Below, in pieces: positions 1-9,505 of a stretch of 64,000 nucleotides of DNA. The notes beneath the pieces were generated by a model that had not been told where the DNA came from, searched no databases, and worked only from the letters and a program-made list of their open reading frames with translations. The number at the start of each line of letters is the position of its first letter. Positions within the stretch are counted from its first letter, which is position 1. Made by a program: the position numbers and the translations under genes. The stretch comes from Rebecca billardiae RCC1528 (Eukaryota > Protista > Haptophyta): assembly GCA_965240325.2 (NCBI GenBank), contig OZ251245.1, forward strand, positions 868,001 through 932,000, written 5' to 3'.

Positions 1-2043
1 GCCCGACGGCGGCCGTCCGAGCGGCGAGTGACACGCCTGCTGCGCCTGCCACGCCCGGCACACCGCCTGCATCGAGATGGCCGGCACTGTGGTGTCGCCG
101 TCGTCGCTCGCGCCGACGGCGGCGTCCTCCTCCATGCTCAGAGGCCACGGCTGCGCGTGCCGCGCGCGCGCGCACCGCGCCGCGGCGGGGGCGTTCAGAG
201 CAGCGCTCGCAGCACCGCCCAGCACGCACGCAGCCAGCACACACCGCGCGCGCGCGCGCACCCGCCTATACACATACTGCGTGGCGGTCGGCTCGCCCAC
301 GCCGACGACGCAGTGCACCGGCACGGGCGGCGCGCGCCACACGCGGTCGACCGTGCGCGCGCCGCGCTCGTACAGCTCCGTCAGCCGCTCGCGCCTCCGG
401 CCCCACCGGCTCCCATCCTGCTCCATCGCGTCGAATAAAGAAAAATAAGACGAGAAATTCGCCGGGTAGAATGCGTACGCGCGCGCCGCGCCGTCGGCCG
501 TCGTGGCGGCGGCGGGCGGCGGCGCGGGCGCGTCGGCGCGCGGCGCGCCCGGCGGCCGGGCCCCGGGCTGCGCGCCCGCTGCACGGCCGGCGGATGCGTC
601 GCGAGCGCGAGGCGCAGCTGTCGAGAGCCCTGGCTCGGCAGTAGCAGCGGCGCGGCCGCCGGGCACGGCCGGCGCGCCGGTCGCGCGCGCGCCGGCGGCA
701 CTGCCGGCGGCAGCGCTCGGGCGCTGCCCTCCACTGATTGACGTTGGCCGCGGCGTCGGCGGCGGCGGCGGCGGCACGGCCGCCGCCGCCGCCGCCACCG
801 CAGGTGCGCGCGCGGCCGGCACGCTGGCGCCCGGCTGCGTCTCGCGCGCGCCGGCGGCGGCCGCGGACGCGCCCACGGGCGCTGCCGTGGACGAGGGCGC
901 GGGCCAGAGCGCGGACGCGGGCCGAGCTGGCTGCGCGAGGGCCATGGTGCCGTTCGGCGAGACGCCCACCGCCGTCGTCGTCGACGGCGCAAGCGCCTCC
1001 GCCGCGCTCCGCGCCGCGCCATGCGCCGGCTGCTGCGCCTGCTCGGCCGCGCCCGCGCCCGGCCGCCGGCCGGCGCCGGCCGGCGCCGGCGGCGGCGCCG
1101 CTGCCGCCGCCGCGCCCTTCTCCGGCATGACGAGGAGCGCGCGCTCGCGCCACACGCGCGGGTGCGGCAGGAGCATGAACGCCGAGTCGAGCTCGCGCGC
1201 CAGGTCGCGCGTCTCCGCGTCCGTCAGGATGTACCGCGAGAGCACCTCCGCCCCCGACACGAGCGTCTTGAGCGACTTGGGGGAGCCAGCTAGCGGGGAC
1301 GCGACCGCGATCACCGAGCGCACGCGCGCGAGGGTCTCGAGGTCGAAGCGCTCGAGGCAGTGGTGCAGCTGCAGCATGCCGAGCGAGTGCGCCACCAGGT
1401 GCGCCCCGCCGCCGCCGCCCGCGCCGCCCACGCCGAACGCGCCGCCGCCGCCCGCCGCGCGCTCGAGCGTGCGCCTCAGGTCGAGGCAGAAAGTGTTCTG
1501 CTGCGGCAGCCGGCGCCAGTCGTACGGCACGCCGAAGAGGTTGGCGCCCGGCGTGTACCCGAGGCGCTCGAGCTCCTTGATCAGGTCCCAGAACACCTTC
1601 GCCTCCATCATGCAGTCCGCCTTCCGCGTCTTGAGCACGCACGCGACGCCCTTGAGCCCGTGGTTGCCGCGGTCGGGCTCGACGCGCACGTCCGCGTCCT
1701 CGTACGACATGAGCTCGGAGATCCAGTGCGAGTGCACGGGCGTGTTGAACATCGCGCTCGCCATCGTGAGCCGCATGAACGGCGGCAGCCAGATCCGGTC
1801 GCGCAGCTCCGGCGCCTTGCCGCCGGCCAGCACGTCGGTGTTCGAGCTCGCGTTCACGCGGAACAGGCGGCTCGACATGAGGCCGGGCACGAGGACGATC
1901 GGCTCGCAGGGCGAGGGCTTGAGGCTGCACAGCTTGGGCGGCCCGGCGCCGACCGTCGCCGCGCCGAGCGCGAGGGCAGCCAGCGCGCACGCCGCCAGCC
2001 GACGAGCTGGTCGGCGCCGTCGGCGCGGCCGCGGCGGCCCCAT
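1..2043 (-). CDS. LCAT/PLA2G15/PDAT-family acyltransferase/phospholipase, 3' end outside the window
   Basis: Open frame from ATG 2043 through position 1, not listed in the ORF track. Hydrophobic N-terminus, then PIVLVPGLMSSRL, RIWL, LIKELERLGYTPGANLFGVPYDWR, nucleophile elbow LVAHSLG, VASPLAGS, PVPVHCVVGVGEPT and DDGDTTVPAISMQAVC..W. Ala/Gly/Pro-rich insert at about 500-1120. Probable in-frame GT-AG intron at 151-261. Confidence 0.88.
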   Translation of the reverse strand, partial: MGPPRPRRRRRPARRLAACALAALALGAATVGAGPPKLCSLKPSPCEPIVLVPGLMSSRLFRVNASSNTDVLAGGKAPELRDRIWLPPFMRLTMASAMFNTPVHSHWISELMSYEDADVRVEPDRGNHGLKGVACVLKTRKADCMMEAKVFWDLIKELERLGYTPGANLFGVPYDWRRLPQQNTFCLDLRRTLERAAGGGGAFGVGGAGGGGGAHLVAHSLGMLQLHHCLERFDLETLARVRSVIAVASPLAGSPKSLKTLVSGAEVLSRYILTDAETRDLARELDSAFMLLPHPRVWRERALLVMPEKGAAAAAAPPPAPAGAGRRPGAGAAEQAQQPAHGAARSAAEALAPSTTTAVGVSPNGTMALAQPARPASALWPAPSSTAAPVGASAAAAGARETQPGASVPAARAPAVAAAAAAVPPPPPPTPRPTSISGGQRPSAAAGSAAGARATGAPAVPGGRAAATAEPGLSTAAPRARDASAGRAAGAQPGARPPGAPRADAPAPPPAAATTADGAARAYAFYPANFSSYFSLFDAMEQDGSRWGRRRERLTELYERGARTVDRVWRAPPVPVHCVVGVGEPTATQYVYRRVRARARCVLAACVLGGAASAALNAPAAARCARARHAQPWPLSMEEDAAVGASDDGDTTVPAISMQAVCRAWQAQQACHSPLGRPPSG

Positions 2044-2847
2044 GCTGACCGAAGTCGTCATCAGCGCTCGCGAGTCGGGGGCCGGCCCGCGCTCCGGTTG
2101 GGCAGCGCGGCGCCGCCCAGCCGGACGCACGAACGGTTGGCCCCCGTAGGATACTCTCGACGACGGCACGCGGACGGTCGTGATGCACGCGGGACAGCAC
2201 ATCAGGGGCATTCGGTGCACTAGCGAGGGTGGCATACGATGTCATCCCGACGTATGCATCCGTAGTATGCTTGCCCGGCCCCAGGCGCCCTGTCATCCGG
2301 CACAATGTCACGTGCGTGGGCTTCACGCGGTCGTGATCGCGGGGTTCAACATGCTGTTCCGAACGAGCGCACGCACGCGCGCCGGCGCGAGGCGAGCGCG
2401 AGGAATGCACCCCTCGCGTGCTCGTGCGGGCAAACGCACTTCACGAGCACCCCACAGGCGCCAAGAACTTCCTCCGATGGCGATGCGCAGGCCGCTAGCC
2501 CCCACGAGCGCGGGGCGAACCACGCCGCAGAGGCGATGTCGCCGCTTCCCGCGCTGGGCCGGGGCTCTAGGTTTTCTTGCAACGTTCTTTTTTTATTTAA
2601 TAGCAGTCGTCAGGCTGATCTCGCCTGCAGACCAATTCTATGATTTAAAGACACAGGCACGAGGGCGCAGCTCTCCTGATTCGTCTGTAGTGGTACTGGT
2701 CGAAGCTTGCAGCAGTGGCAGTGGTGTGAGCGCGTTGATGTTGCTTACAATGTTGGTCCCCATGGCGGATGTCGTTGTTGAGACCTGAGCTGTGTGCGCC
2801 TAGCTCTTATTCTTAGCAGTAAACTGTTTGACGACAAATCACCTAAG

Positions 2848-5403
2848 CTACAGCAGTGGCAGCGCTACGACCGCATCCGCGTGCGGCACAGGCGCTGCCG
2901 GCAGCGCCCCCCCGGGGGGCGGGCGGCGAGGCTGCGCGCCCGCGTCCGCCGACTCCGCGGCGCGCGAGACGACGAGGGGCATGACGTGGGCGACCCAGAC
3001 GTCCACGAACGCGCCCGCCCGCCCGCCGCTTGCCGCCGCCGCGGCCGCGACGGCCTCCGGCTGCTGATCGCGGCGCAGGCTGGGCGTTCGGCTGTGCCCG
3101 TCGCGCGCGCTCGTCGTCACCACCGAGAACGCGCCGCCGCCGCCGCCGCCTCCGAGCCGAGTGCCAGCGATGCGTGAGCCAATCAACAGCAGGGTGACGG
3201 CGCGCGCGCGCGCGGCGGGAGGGAACAGGGCGTGCGCGGCGGCGCTCCAGGGTCCCGCGGCGCGCACGACGAGCTCGGCGACCGCGCGCGCGCTCGGGCT
3301 GCACGCGTCGCCCTGCGCCAGCACCGCCTCCGCGCGCGTGAGCGGCGTCGGCGAGCCCAGGGGCCCCGCTGCGTCGGCCACCGCTCTGAGCGCGCGCGTG
3401 CGCGCGGCCGGCGCGTGCGGATCGGCACCCGCGCTGAGGAGTGCGGCGGCGCGCGCGGGCGTGAGGTGCTCGACGTGGTGCAGCGGCGTGAAGCCGTCCG
3501 TCTCGTCGAGCCAGCGCAGCAGCGACTCGTCCGCCGCCGAGTGCCTCGCCAGCTCGCGCGTCGCCTCGCCGGACGCGGCGCCATGGGCCACCAGCACGCG
3601 TGCCAAATCAGCATGGCCGCCGATGAGCGCGCCCGCAAGTGGCAGGAGCCCTCCCACGGAGGGCCGGTTGGGGTCGGCGCCGTGCGCGAGCAGCAGCGTC
3701 GCGCAGCGCACGTACCCGCGCTGGCACGCGCCGAGCAGCGGCGTCGCGCCGCCCGCCGCCGCGCGCCGGTTCGGATCGGCGCGCGCGCCGATCAGCGCGC
3801 GCGCCGCGCCCGCGTGACCCTCTGCCGCGGCGAGCAGCAGCGGCGTCGCGCCAAAGGCGTTGAGCGGGTCCGGGCCTGCGCCGGCGGCGAGCAGCGCGCG
3901 CACGACCGCCGCGTGGCCGCGCTGGCTCGCCAGGTGCAGCGCGCTCGCGCCGCTCAGCCGGTTCGGCGCGCGCACCGCCGCGCCGGCCTGCAGCAGCGCG
4001 CGCAGGGCCAGCATGGAGCCTGTCTCCGCCGCCATGTGTAAAGGCAGGGCTCCGGTGCGGGTGGGCGCGGCCGGGTCCGCGCGCGCGGCGAGGAGCAGCC
4101 GGACGCACGCGTCGTGCGCGCCGAGGCACGCGACGTGCAGCGCGCCCTCGCCGCGCACGCCGCCGTCCGCGCGCGGGTCCGCCCTCGCCCGCACGAGCGC
4201 CGCCACCGCGCCAGCATGGCCGCCGCGCGTCGCAGCGATCAGCGCGGTGCTGCCGTCGCGCGCGCGGAGCTCGGTGGCGGCGCGCGCGCCGAGCAGCAGC
4301 TGCACCGCGTCGGCGTGGCCCCGCGCGCTCGCGGCGAAGAGCGCGCTCACGCCCGCGCCCGTCTGCACGTCCAGCCGCGCGCCGAGCCCGAGCAGCGCGC
4401 GGCACACGTCCCCGTGCCCAGCGGCCGCGGCGGCCATGAGCGCTGTGCCTCCGGTGGAGCGCGCGCGCGCGTCGATCACCGCGCCGTGCGCGCCGAGCAG
4501 CGTGACGCACTCGGCGTGGCCGCACGCGCTCGCGCACCAGATGAGCGGCGCGCGGTGCTCCGCGCTCTCCACGCCCGTCTCGAGCCTCGCCACCGCGCTG
4601 CCGGCCGTCGAAGCGCGAACGCCCGCCGCGGCGGCAGCCGCCTCCGCCGCTGACGGGTCGGACGGCGGCGTGGCCGCGCGCTCGCGCGCGGGCGGCGCGC
4701 GCGCGTGGTGCGTGGGGATCTTGCCGTCGGGCGAGGCGCCGGCGAGCAGCAGCGCGCGCGCGATGTGCACATGCCCGCGCACGCACGCCTCGCCCAGCGC
4801 CGTCAGTCCGGACGCGGCCGCAGAGTCCGGCTCCGCTCCGTGCTGCAGTAAGACCTGGCAAGGGCCCAGGTGGCCCGCGGCCGCGGCGCGCACGAGGGGC
4901 GGCACGCCCGACGCGTCGCGCAGCTCGGCGCGCGCGCCCCCGCGCAGCAGCGCCACCACGCACCGCGTGCGGCCCATCTGGCTCGCCTCGTGCAGCGCCA
5001 GGCCGCCGTCCGGGTCGGCCGCCTGCGCAAGAAGCAGCTGCACGCAACCGTCGTGCCCCCCGCGCGCGGCGGCTCCGAGCGCGCGCGCCGAGCCCGCGTC
5101 CGCGCCGTGCGCGAGGAGGAGCTCGACGGCTGGCGTCGAGCCCGCACTGCACGCCGCGACCAGCGGCGTCTCGCCCGTCGGCCCCGGCTCGTCCACGGGC
5201 GCGCCGAGCGCGAGCAGCTGCTTGCACACGTCGGTGAGCCCGCGGCGCGCGGCGGTGCGCAGGGCGGCCGAGGCGGCGACGGCGGCCTCCGACGACGGCT
5301 TGGGGTTGCTCGGCGCCGCGCGCAGCTCACGTAGCACGCGCGCGCTCGCCGCGAGCTCGCGCGACTCGGAGGACGCGCGCTGTCGCGCTATGGGCGGGAG
5401 CAT
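2848..5403 (-). CDS. Multi-ankyrin-repeat protein
   Basis: 851-aa ORF with many G.TPL/ALH.AA..GH...V..LL..GAD repeats. Confidence 0.9.
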   Translation of the reverse strand: MLPPIARQRASSESRELAASARVLRELRAAPSNPKPSSEAAVAASAALRTAARRGLTDVCKQLLALGAPVDEPGPTGETPLVAACSAGSTPAVELLLAHGADAGSARALGAAARGGHDGCVQLLLAQAADPDGGLALHEASQMGRTRCVVALLRGGARAELRDASGVPPLVRAAAAGHLGPCQVLLQHGAEPDSAAASGLTALGEACVRGHVHIARALLLAGASPDGKIPTHHARAPPARERAATPPSDPSAAEAAAAAAGVRASTAGSAVARLETGVESAEHRAPLIWCASACGHAECVTLLGAHGAVIDARARSTGGTALMAAAAAGHGDVCRALLGLGARLDVQTGAGVSALFAASARGHADAVQLLLGARAATELRARDGSTALIAATRGGHAGAVAALVRARADPRADGGVRGEGALHVACLGAHDACVRLLLAARADPAAPTRTGALPLHMAAETGSMLALRALLQAGAAVRAPNRLSGASALHLASQRGHAAVVRALLAAGAGPDPLNAFGATPLLLAAAEGHAGAARALIGARADPNRRAAAGGATPLLGACQRGYVRCATLLLAHGADPNRPSVGGLLPLAGALIGGHADLARVLVAHGAASGEATRELARHSAADESLLRWLDETDGFTPLHHVEHLTPARAAALLSAGADPHAPAARTRALRAVADAAGPLGSPTPLTRAEAVLAQGDACSPSARAVAELVVRAAGPWSAAAHALFPPAARARAVTLLLIGSRIAGTRLGGGGGGGAFSVVTTSARDGHSRTPSLRRDQQPEAVAAAAAASGGRAGAFVDVWVAHVMPLVVSRAAESADAGAQPRRPPPGGALPAAPVPHADAVVALPLL

Positions 5404-5643
5404 GGAAGTGCTGGGCGACGGACGTTACACGCGTTACACGCCCGCCATCACGCGTCCGAGAGGCCGGAGAGAGACAAGGGCGTCCGGTGCAGCCGTGTGG
5501 GCTGTGGCGGTGTGGGCAGCCGGACCTGGAAACACCGACGAACTTGCAGCGATCGTCGTCGAGGCGCGAGCCTCCATCCTGCCGAGAGGCGCGGCCGATA
5601 GCGGGAGTGCCTCTCGCGCTCAGCGTGGCCATCGACGCGCAGC

Positions 5644-5922
5644 ATGGGGACGGAGCTGCGCGCCAGCGACCGCTTCTCCATCAACAGCCAGCTCGAGCAC
5701 CTCCAGTCGAAGCACGTTGGCACGGGCCACGCGGACATGACGAAGCACGAGTGGGCGGTCAACCAGCACCGCGACTCGTACGCGTCCTACATCGGCCGCC
5801 AGAGCATGCTGCACTACTTTGCGGTGGCGGAGGGAGAAAGCTACGGGCGCACGCGCTATTCGTGCATGCAGAAAATGATCCAGCCGTGCGGCCCGCCACC
5901 AGTGCGCAAAGCTGACGAATAG
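5644..5922 (+). CDS. SF3B5: Splicing factor 3B subunit 5 (Ysf3/SF3b10)
   Basis: RFSINSQLEHLQSKHVGTGHADMTKHEWAVNQHRDSYASYIG...MQKMIQPCGPPP matches the conserved SF3B5 sequence. Confidence 0.95.
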   Translation: MGTELRASDRFSINSQLEHLQSKHVGTGHADMTKHEWAVNQHRDSYASYIGRQSMLHYFAVAEGESYGRTRYSCMQKMIQPCGPPPVRKADE

Positions 5923-6289
5923 AAGCTGGCAGACGCGCCGTGCTGACGATCGGGATAATGTCAGCCGCGACTCTCAGACGAAGCCTGTCACCGACGTATC
6001 TAGAAGTCAGCGTCAGATCGATTGACGCCGATCGCGGACTGAACACTGATAGCTCTGATCATCTGGATGAACAATTCCCACGTAATGCACGGCGCCCGCC
6101 ACGGGCACGAGCGGCCCTGACTGCGTCAGCATGGACGTGGTAGGCCGGCGAGTGACGAGGCCCGGAGGCTCACTCGGAGCTGAGGCCAGCACTGGCCGCC
6201 TGAATCAAGATTAGCCTGAAGACCGGCCACGCGCACAGGCACGGCCCCGGGCCGCCGCGGCCCGGACGGCGCACCGCGGCCGCGCGGCG

Positions 6290-7975
6290 TCACCGGAACG
6301 TCCAGAGCTGGCGCGGCACGTCGTACCTGCGCCAGAGCGCGGCGATCTCGGAGGCGGACACCTTGCCGTCGCGCTCCTCCGTGTCGAGCGCGCGCATGAT
6401 GATGCCGAGCTCAGACTGCGTGAGCGGCACGCCCGAGGCCTGCTCGAGCTCGCGGCGCAGCGCGTCGGCGGAGAGGGGCTGGCCGTCGGAGCCGAGCGGC
6501 TCCGCACTGAGCGCGCCGCCGCCCGAGAGCGGCATCGTCAGCTCCGGCGGCAGCTTCTTTGCAAGCACAAACTGCAGCGAGTCGAGCCGGCGGAAGACGC
6601 GGCGCACGGCGCTCGAGCTCTCGAGCTGGCGCGAGAGGATGCGCCGCCGGCTGGCGGCGCCGCGGAAGCCGTGGAGGTAGGCCCAGCAGCCACCGAGCAT
6701 GGCGACGCTCGCCACGGCCGAGCCCGCCGCGACGATCCCGAACACGCCCGGCGCCTCCTCGAATCCGGACGTGAGGTTCATCCCGAAAAGTCCGGAAGCG
6801 GTCATCGTGAGCGCGAGCGAGGTCGAGACCATGGCCAGGTGCACGTTCATCGCCACCATCCGGTTGCGCGAGATGTCGAGGTGGAGGCGCGCGAGCTCGG
6901 CGGCGGAGACGACGCGCTTCTTCAGCGCCTGCGCCTCCGCCACCACCATCGCCATCTGCCGGGCGTACTCCTCCAGGAGCAGCTCCACCGCCTCGTGATG
7001 CTGCACGGGCGGGCGCGCGCCGTCGAGCGTCGCCTTCTCGGACAGCAGCATGTCGAGCATGTCCTCGTCGGAGGAGAGGAGGTCCATCAGCACCTTGAGC
7101 AGGTCGCTCGCCTCGGACTCGAACGCGTGGAGCGAGTCGCGCAGCGGCATCAGCGTGCTCACGTCCGCCATCCGGTAGTTCTCATCCATCGAGTAAGGGC
7201 CGGTGTCCGCGACGATGGACGGCAGCAGCGCGTCCACAATCGGCGAGAGGAGGGCGGCGCGCCGCGTGTACGAGGAGGCGACCTCGGCGAGGACGTGGTC
7301 GAGGACGCGCATCTCGAAGGAGTCGCGCACGCTGGCCGGGTCGTCGCACCCCGCGCCCTCCTCCTGCCCGCCGCCGCCGCCGCCGCCGGCCGCGCCGGCC
7401 GCCACCTCGAACGCCGCCCACTCCGCGAGCTTTCCCTCGAGCCGATGCGCAAAGTCTGAGACGAGCGTGGAGTGCGCGTCGAAGAGGAAGATCTCCTCGC
7501 GGCGGAGCACGCAGCGGATGTGGCCGGCGGTGATCATGATCGCGTCCTGCCGCACGAGCACGCGCGGCGGGCGCGACGCCGACACGCGGTTCTCGGCCGG
7601 GTCGCTCGAGACGTCAAACGTGAGCATGTCGCGCGGGAAGAGCGACGCGCGCCCGAGCAGCTCGGTGTGCGTGATGGGCGCGCGGTTGCGCGAGCCGTCC
7701 GAGCCGATGCGCCACACGTCGTACCACCGCTCGCGCCGCGGGTGGCCGCGGCTCGACGCGCGGCGCGCGATCGCACCGGGCGGCCGCGTCTCAGTCGCGA
7801 GCGCGCGCCATCCGTAGCACGGCGCGGCGCCTCTTGGGCTGCCGCCGAGCGGGCTGCGCCGTGCGAGCGCGCATGGTGTGCATGCGCGAGACCACGCCGC
7901 GGCCTGCGCCACCGGCGCGCGCCACGCAGCGCGTGCCGCGCCACCGGCGCGCGCGCGCAGCAGGCTGGCCGACAT
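6290..7975 (-). CDS. MRS2: MRS2/CorA-family Mg2+ transporter with transit peptide and C-terminal EF-hand-like motif
   Basis: LFPRDM, SFEMRVLDHVL, DEDMLDM, VELLLEEY, LDISRNRM, GLFGMNL and two TM helices. Arg/Ala-rich N-terminus from ATG 7975. Tail contains LDTEERDGKVSASE. Confidence 0.9.
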   Translation of the reverse strand: MSASLLRARAGGAARAAWRAPVAQAAAWSRACTPCALARRSPLGGSPRGAAPCYGWRALATETRPPGAIARRASSRGHPRRERWYDVWRIGSDGSRNRAPITHTELLGRASLFPRDMLTFDVSSDPAENRVSASRPPRVLVRQDAIMITAGHIRCVLRREEIFLFDAHSTLVSDFAHRLEGKLAEWAAFEVAAGAAGGGGGGGQEEGAGCDDPASVRDSFEMRVLDHVLAEVASSYTRRAALLSPIVDALLPSIVADTGPYSMDENYRMADVSTLMPLRDSLHAFESEASDLLKVLMDLLSSDEDMLDMLLSEKATLDGARPPVQHHEAVELLLEEYARQMAMVVAEAQALKKRVVSAAELARLHLDISRNRMVAMNVHLAMVSTSLALTMTASGLFGMNLTSGFEEAPGVFGIVAAGSAVASVAMLGGCWAYLHGFRGAASRRRILSRQLESSSAVRRVFRRLDSLQFVLAKKLPPELTMPLSGGGALSAEPLGSDGQPLSADALRRELEQASGVPLTQSELGIIMRALDTEERDGKVSASEIAALWRRYDVPRQLWTFR

Positions 7976-8244
7976 GGATGCCGCTCGCGATGACCGCGGA
8001 AGGGGCGGAAAAAGAGTTCGTTCGCTGAGTTCTGACTTCTGAGTTCTGACTGTTGTGTGCCTGCGCCCGCGCGCTCGCGGGCGCGGGGGGCGCCCGGACA
8101 CCACCCGTTCCACGGGGTGTTGTTCCGCCGCTCGCCAGGGCAGCCAGGCGGCCCCGCACCACGGCTGCCCACCTGGTGGCGGCAGGATGGCGAACAAGTG
8201 GCGCGTGGCCGACGTGCGACCGAGAGAAGCGTGACTTGGGCGGC

Positions 8245-9221
8245 GCGCGCCGCGCGGGCGGGATGGCTCGGACCCACGCGCGCCTTTGAGCGCCCGGCGA
8301 CCGCGCGCGCATCGGCTTCCTCCGCCTGCAAGTCGCCCGCGACCGCGGCCGCCGCCCGCGCTTCAAGTGGGTTGACTGCGCCCGAGTCTGCTCGCCGCCG
8401 AGCGCGGGGATGAGTTGAGCGCGGCGCGAGGCGGCGATCGCGATCGGGCGATCGCATGTGCCCATCTGCGCCCCCTTCGCCACGGCGCGACCGCTTCAGC
8501 ATGCGTATGTGACCCCACTTGTCCGGGATGTCGGGAGCGGGCGAACATTGTCGGCCACCGTGTCCGCGCGCGCCGCGCGCGCGCAGGGCTCGTTCGGATC
8601 GGAAACACGTCACAAACGGCATCAGGGCATGCCGATGGTCATGTATTGCCCCGCATGGGCCACCTAGGTCATGCCATCCACTGCTCTGCCAGCTTGCAAC
8701 GTGCGTCAATGCTGACGACAACTTTCTGGTGAGAAGAACTTGCTTAGCGAGTTCTGTCACAATGGTGTACACGGCATCAGTAGACGTCACATGACGGCAG
8801 ATGCGGACCAACCGTGCCCATCAGCTTGCGCGGGGAAGACATCACGAGACGCCACGGAGTGACCTCCGATCCGAACGAGCCCTGCGCGCGCGCGGCGCGC
8901 GCGGACACGGTGGCCGACAATGTTCGCCCGCTCCCGACATCCCGGACAAGTGGGGTCACATACGCATGCTGAAGCGGTCGCGCCGTGGCGAAGGGGGCGC
9001 AGATGGGCACATGCGATCGCCCGATCGCGATCGCCGCCTCGCGCCGCGCTCAACTCATCCCCGCGCTCGGCGGCGAGCAGACTCGGGCGCAGTCAACCCA
9101 CTTGAAGCGGGCGGCGGCCGCGGTCGCGGGCGACTTGCAGGCGGAGGAAGCCGATGCGCGCGCGGTCGCCGGGCGCTCAAAGGCGCGCATGTGTCCGAGC
9201 CACCCCGCGAGCGCGGCGCGC
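8245..9221. repeat. Long inverted repeat (foldback); arms about 8245-8603 and 8865-9221, spacer about 260 bp
   Basis: Arms are near-perfect reverse complements. The ORF track shows identical peptides on opposite strands (8363..8608 - and 8920..9105 +). Confidence 0.93.
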
Positions 9222-9505
9222 AGCGCCAACAGCAACTCATCGACAGCTGAGCGTGGGGATCGCCGCGACGTCGACGTCGCCCGCCCGCCCCCGCCCCTTC
9301 TCAACGGCCGCGGCCCCGCGTGCGCCCACTGTGGTCCGGGAGCTGATTGGGTCGAATCTGGCTAGATTCGACCCAATCAGCTCCCGGACCGGTTTACACT
9401 AATCGCCCTTCGTGGAACGGGTGGAAGCTCCAGCTCCGGACTGTCATTGTGCAAAGCTTGTGGGGTTGGCTTCCCCAGCTTTTTGCCCTTCTCACGCACT
9501 TCCAC

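Noticed and set aside
266-2410. 714-aa minus ORF and 548-aa plus ORF
   Set aside because: Shadow frames of the LCAT gene. High GC suppresses stop codons, and the same applies to most Arg/Ala-rich ORFs in the track.
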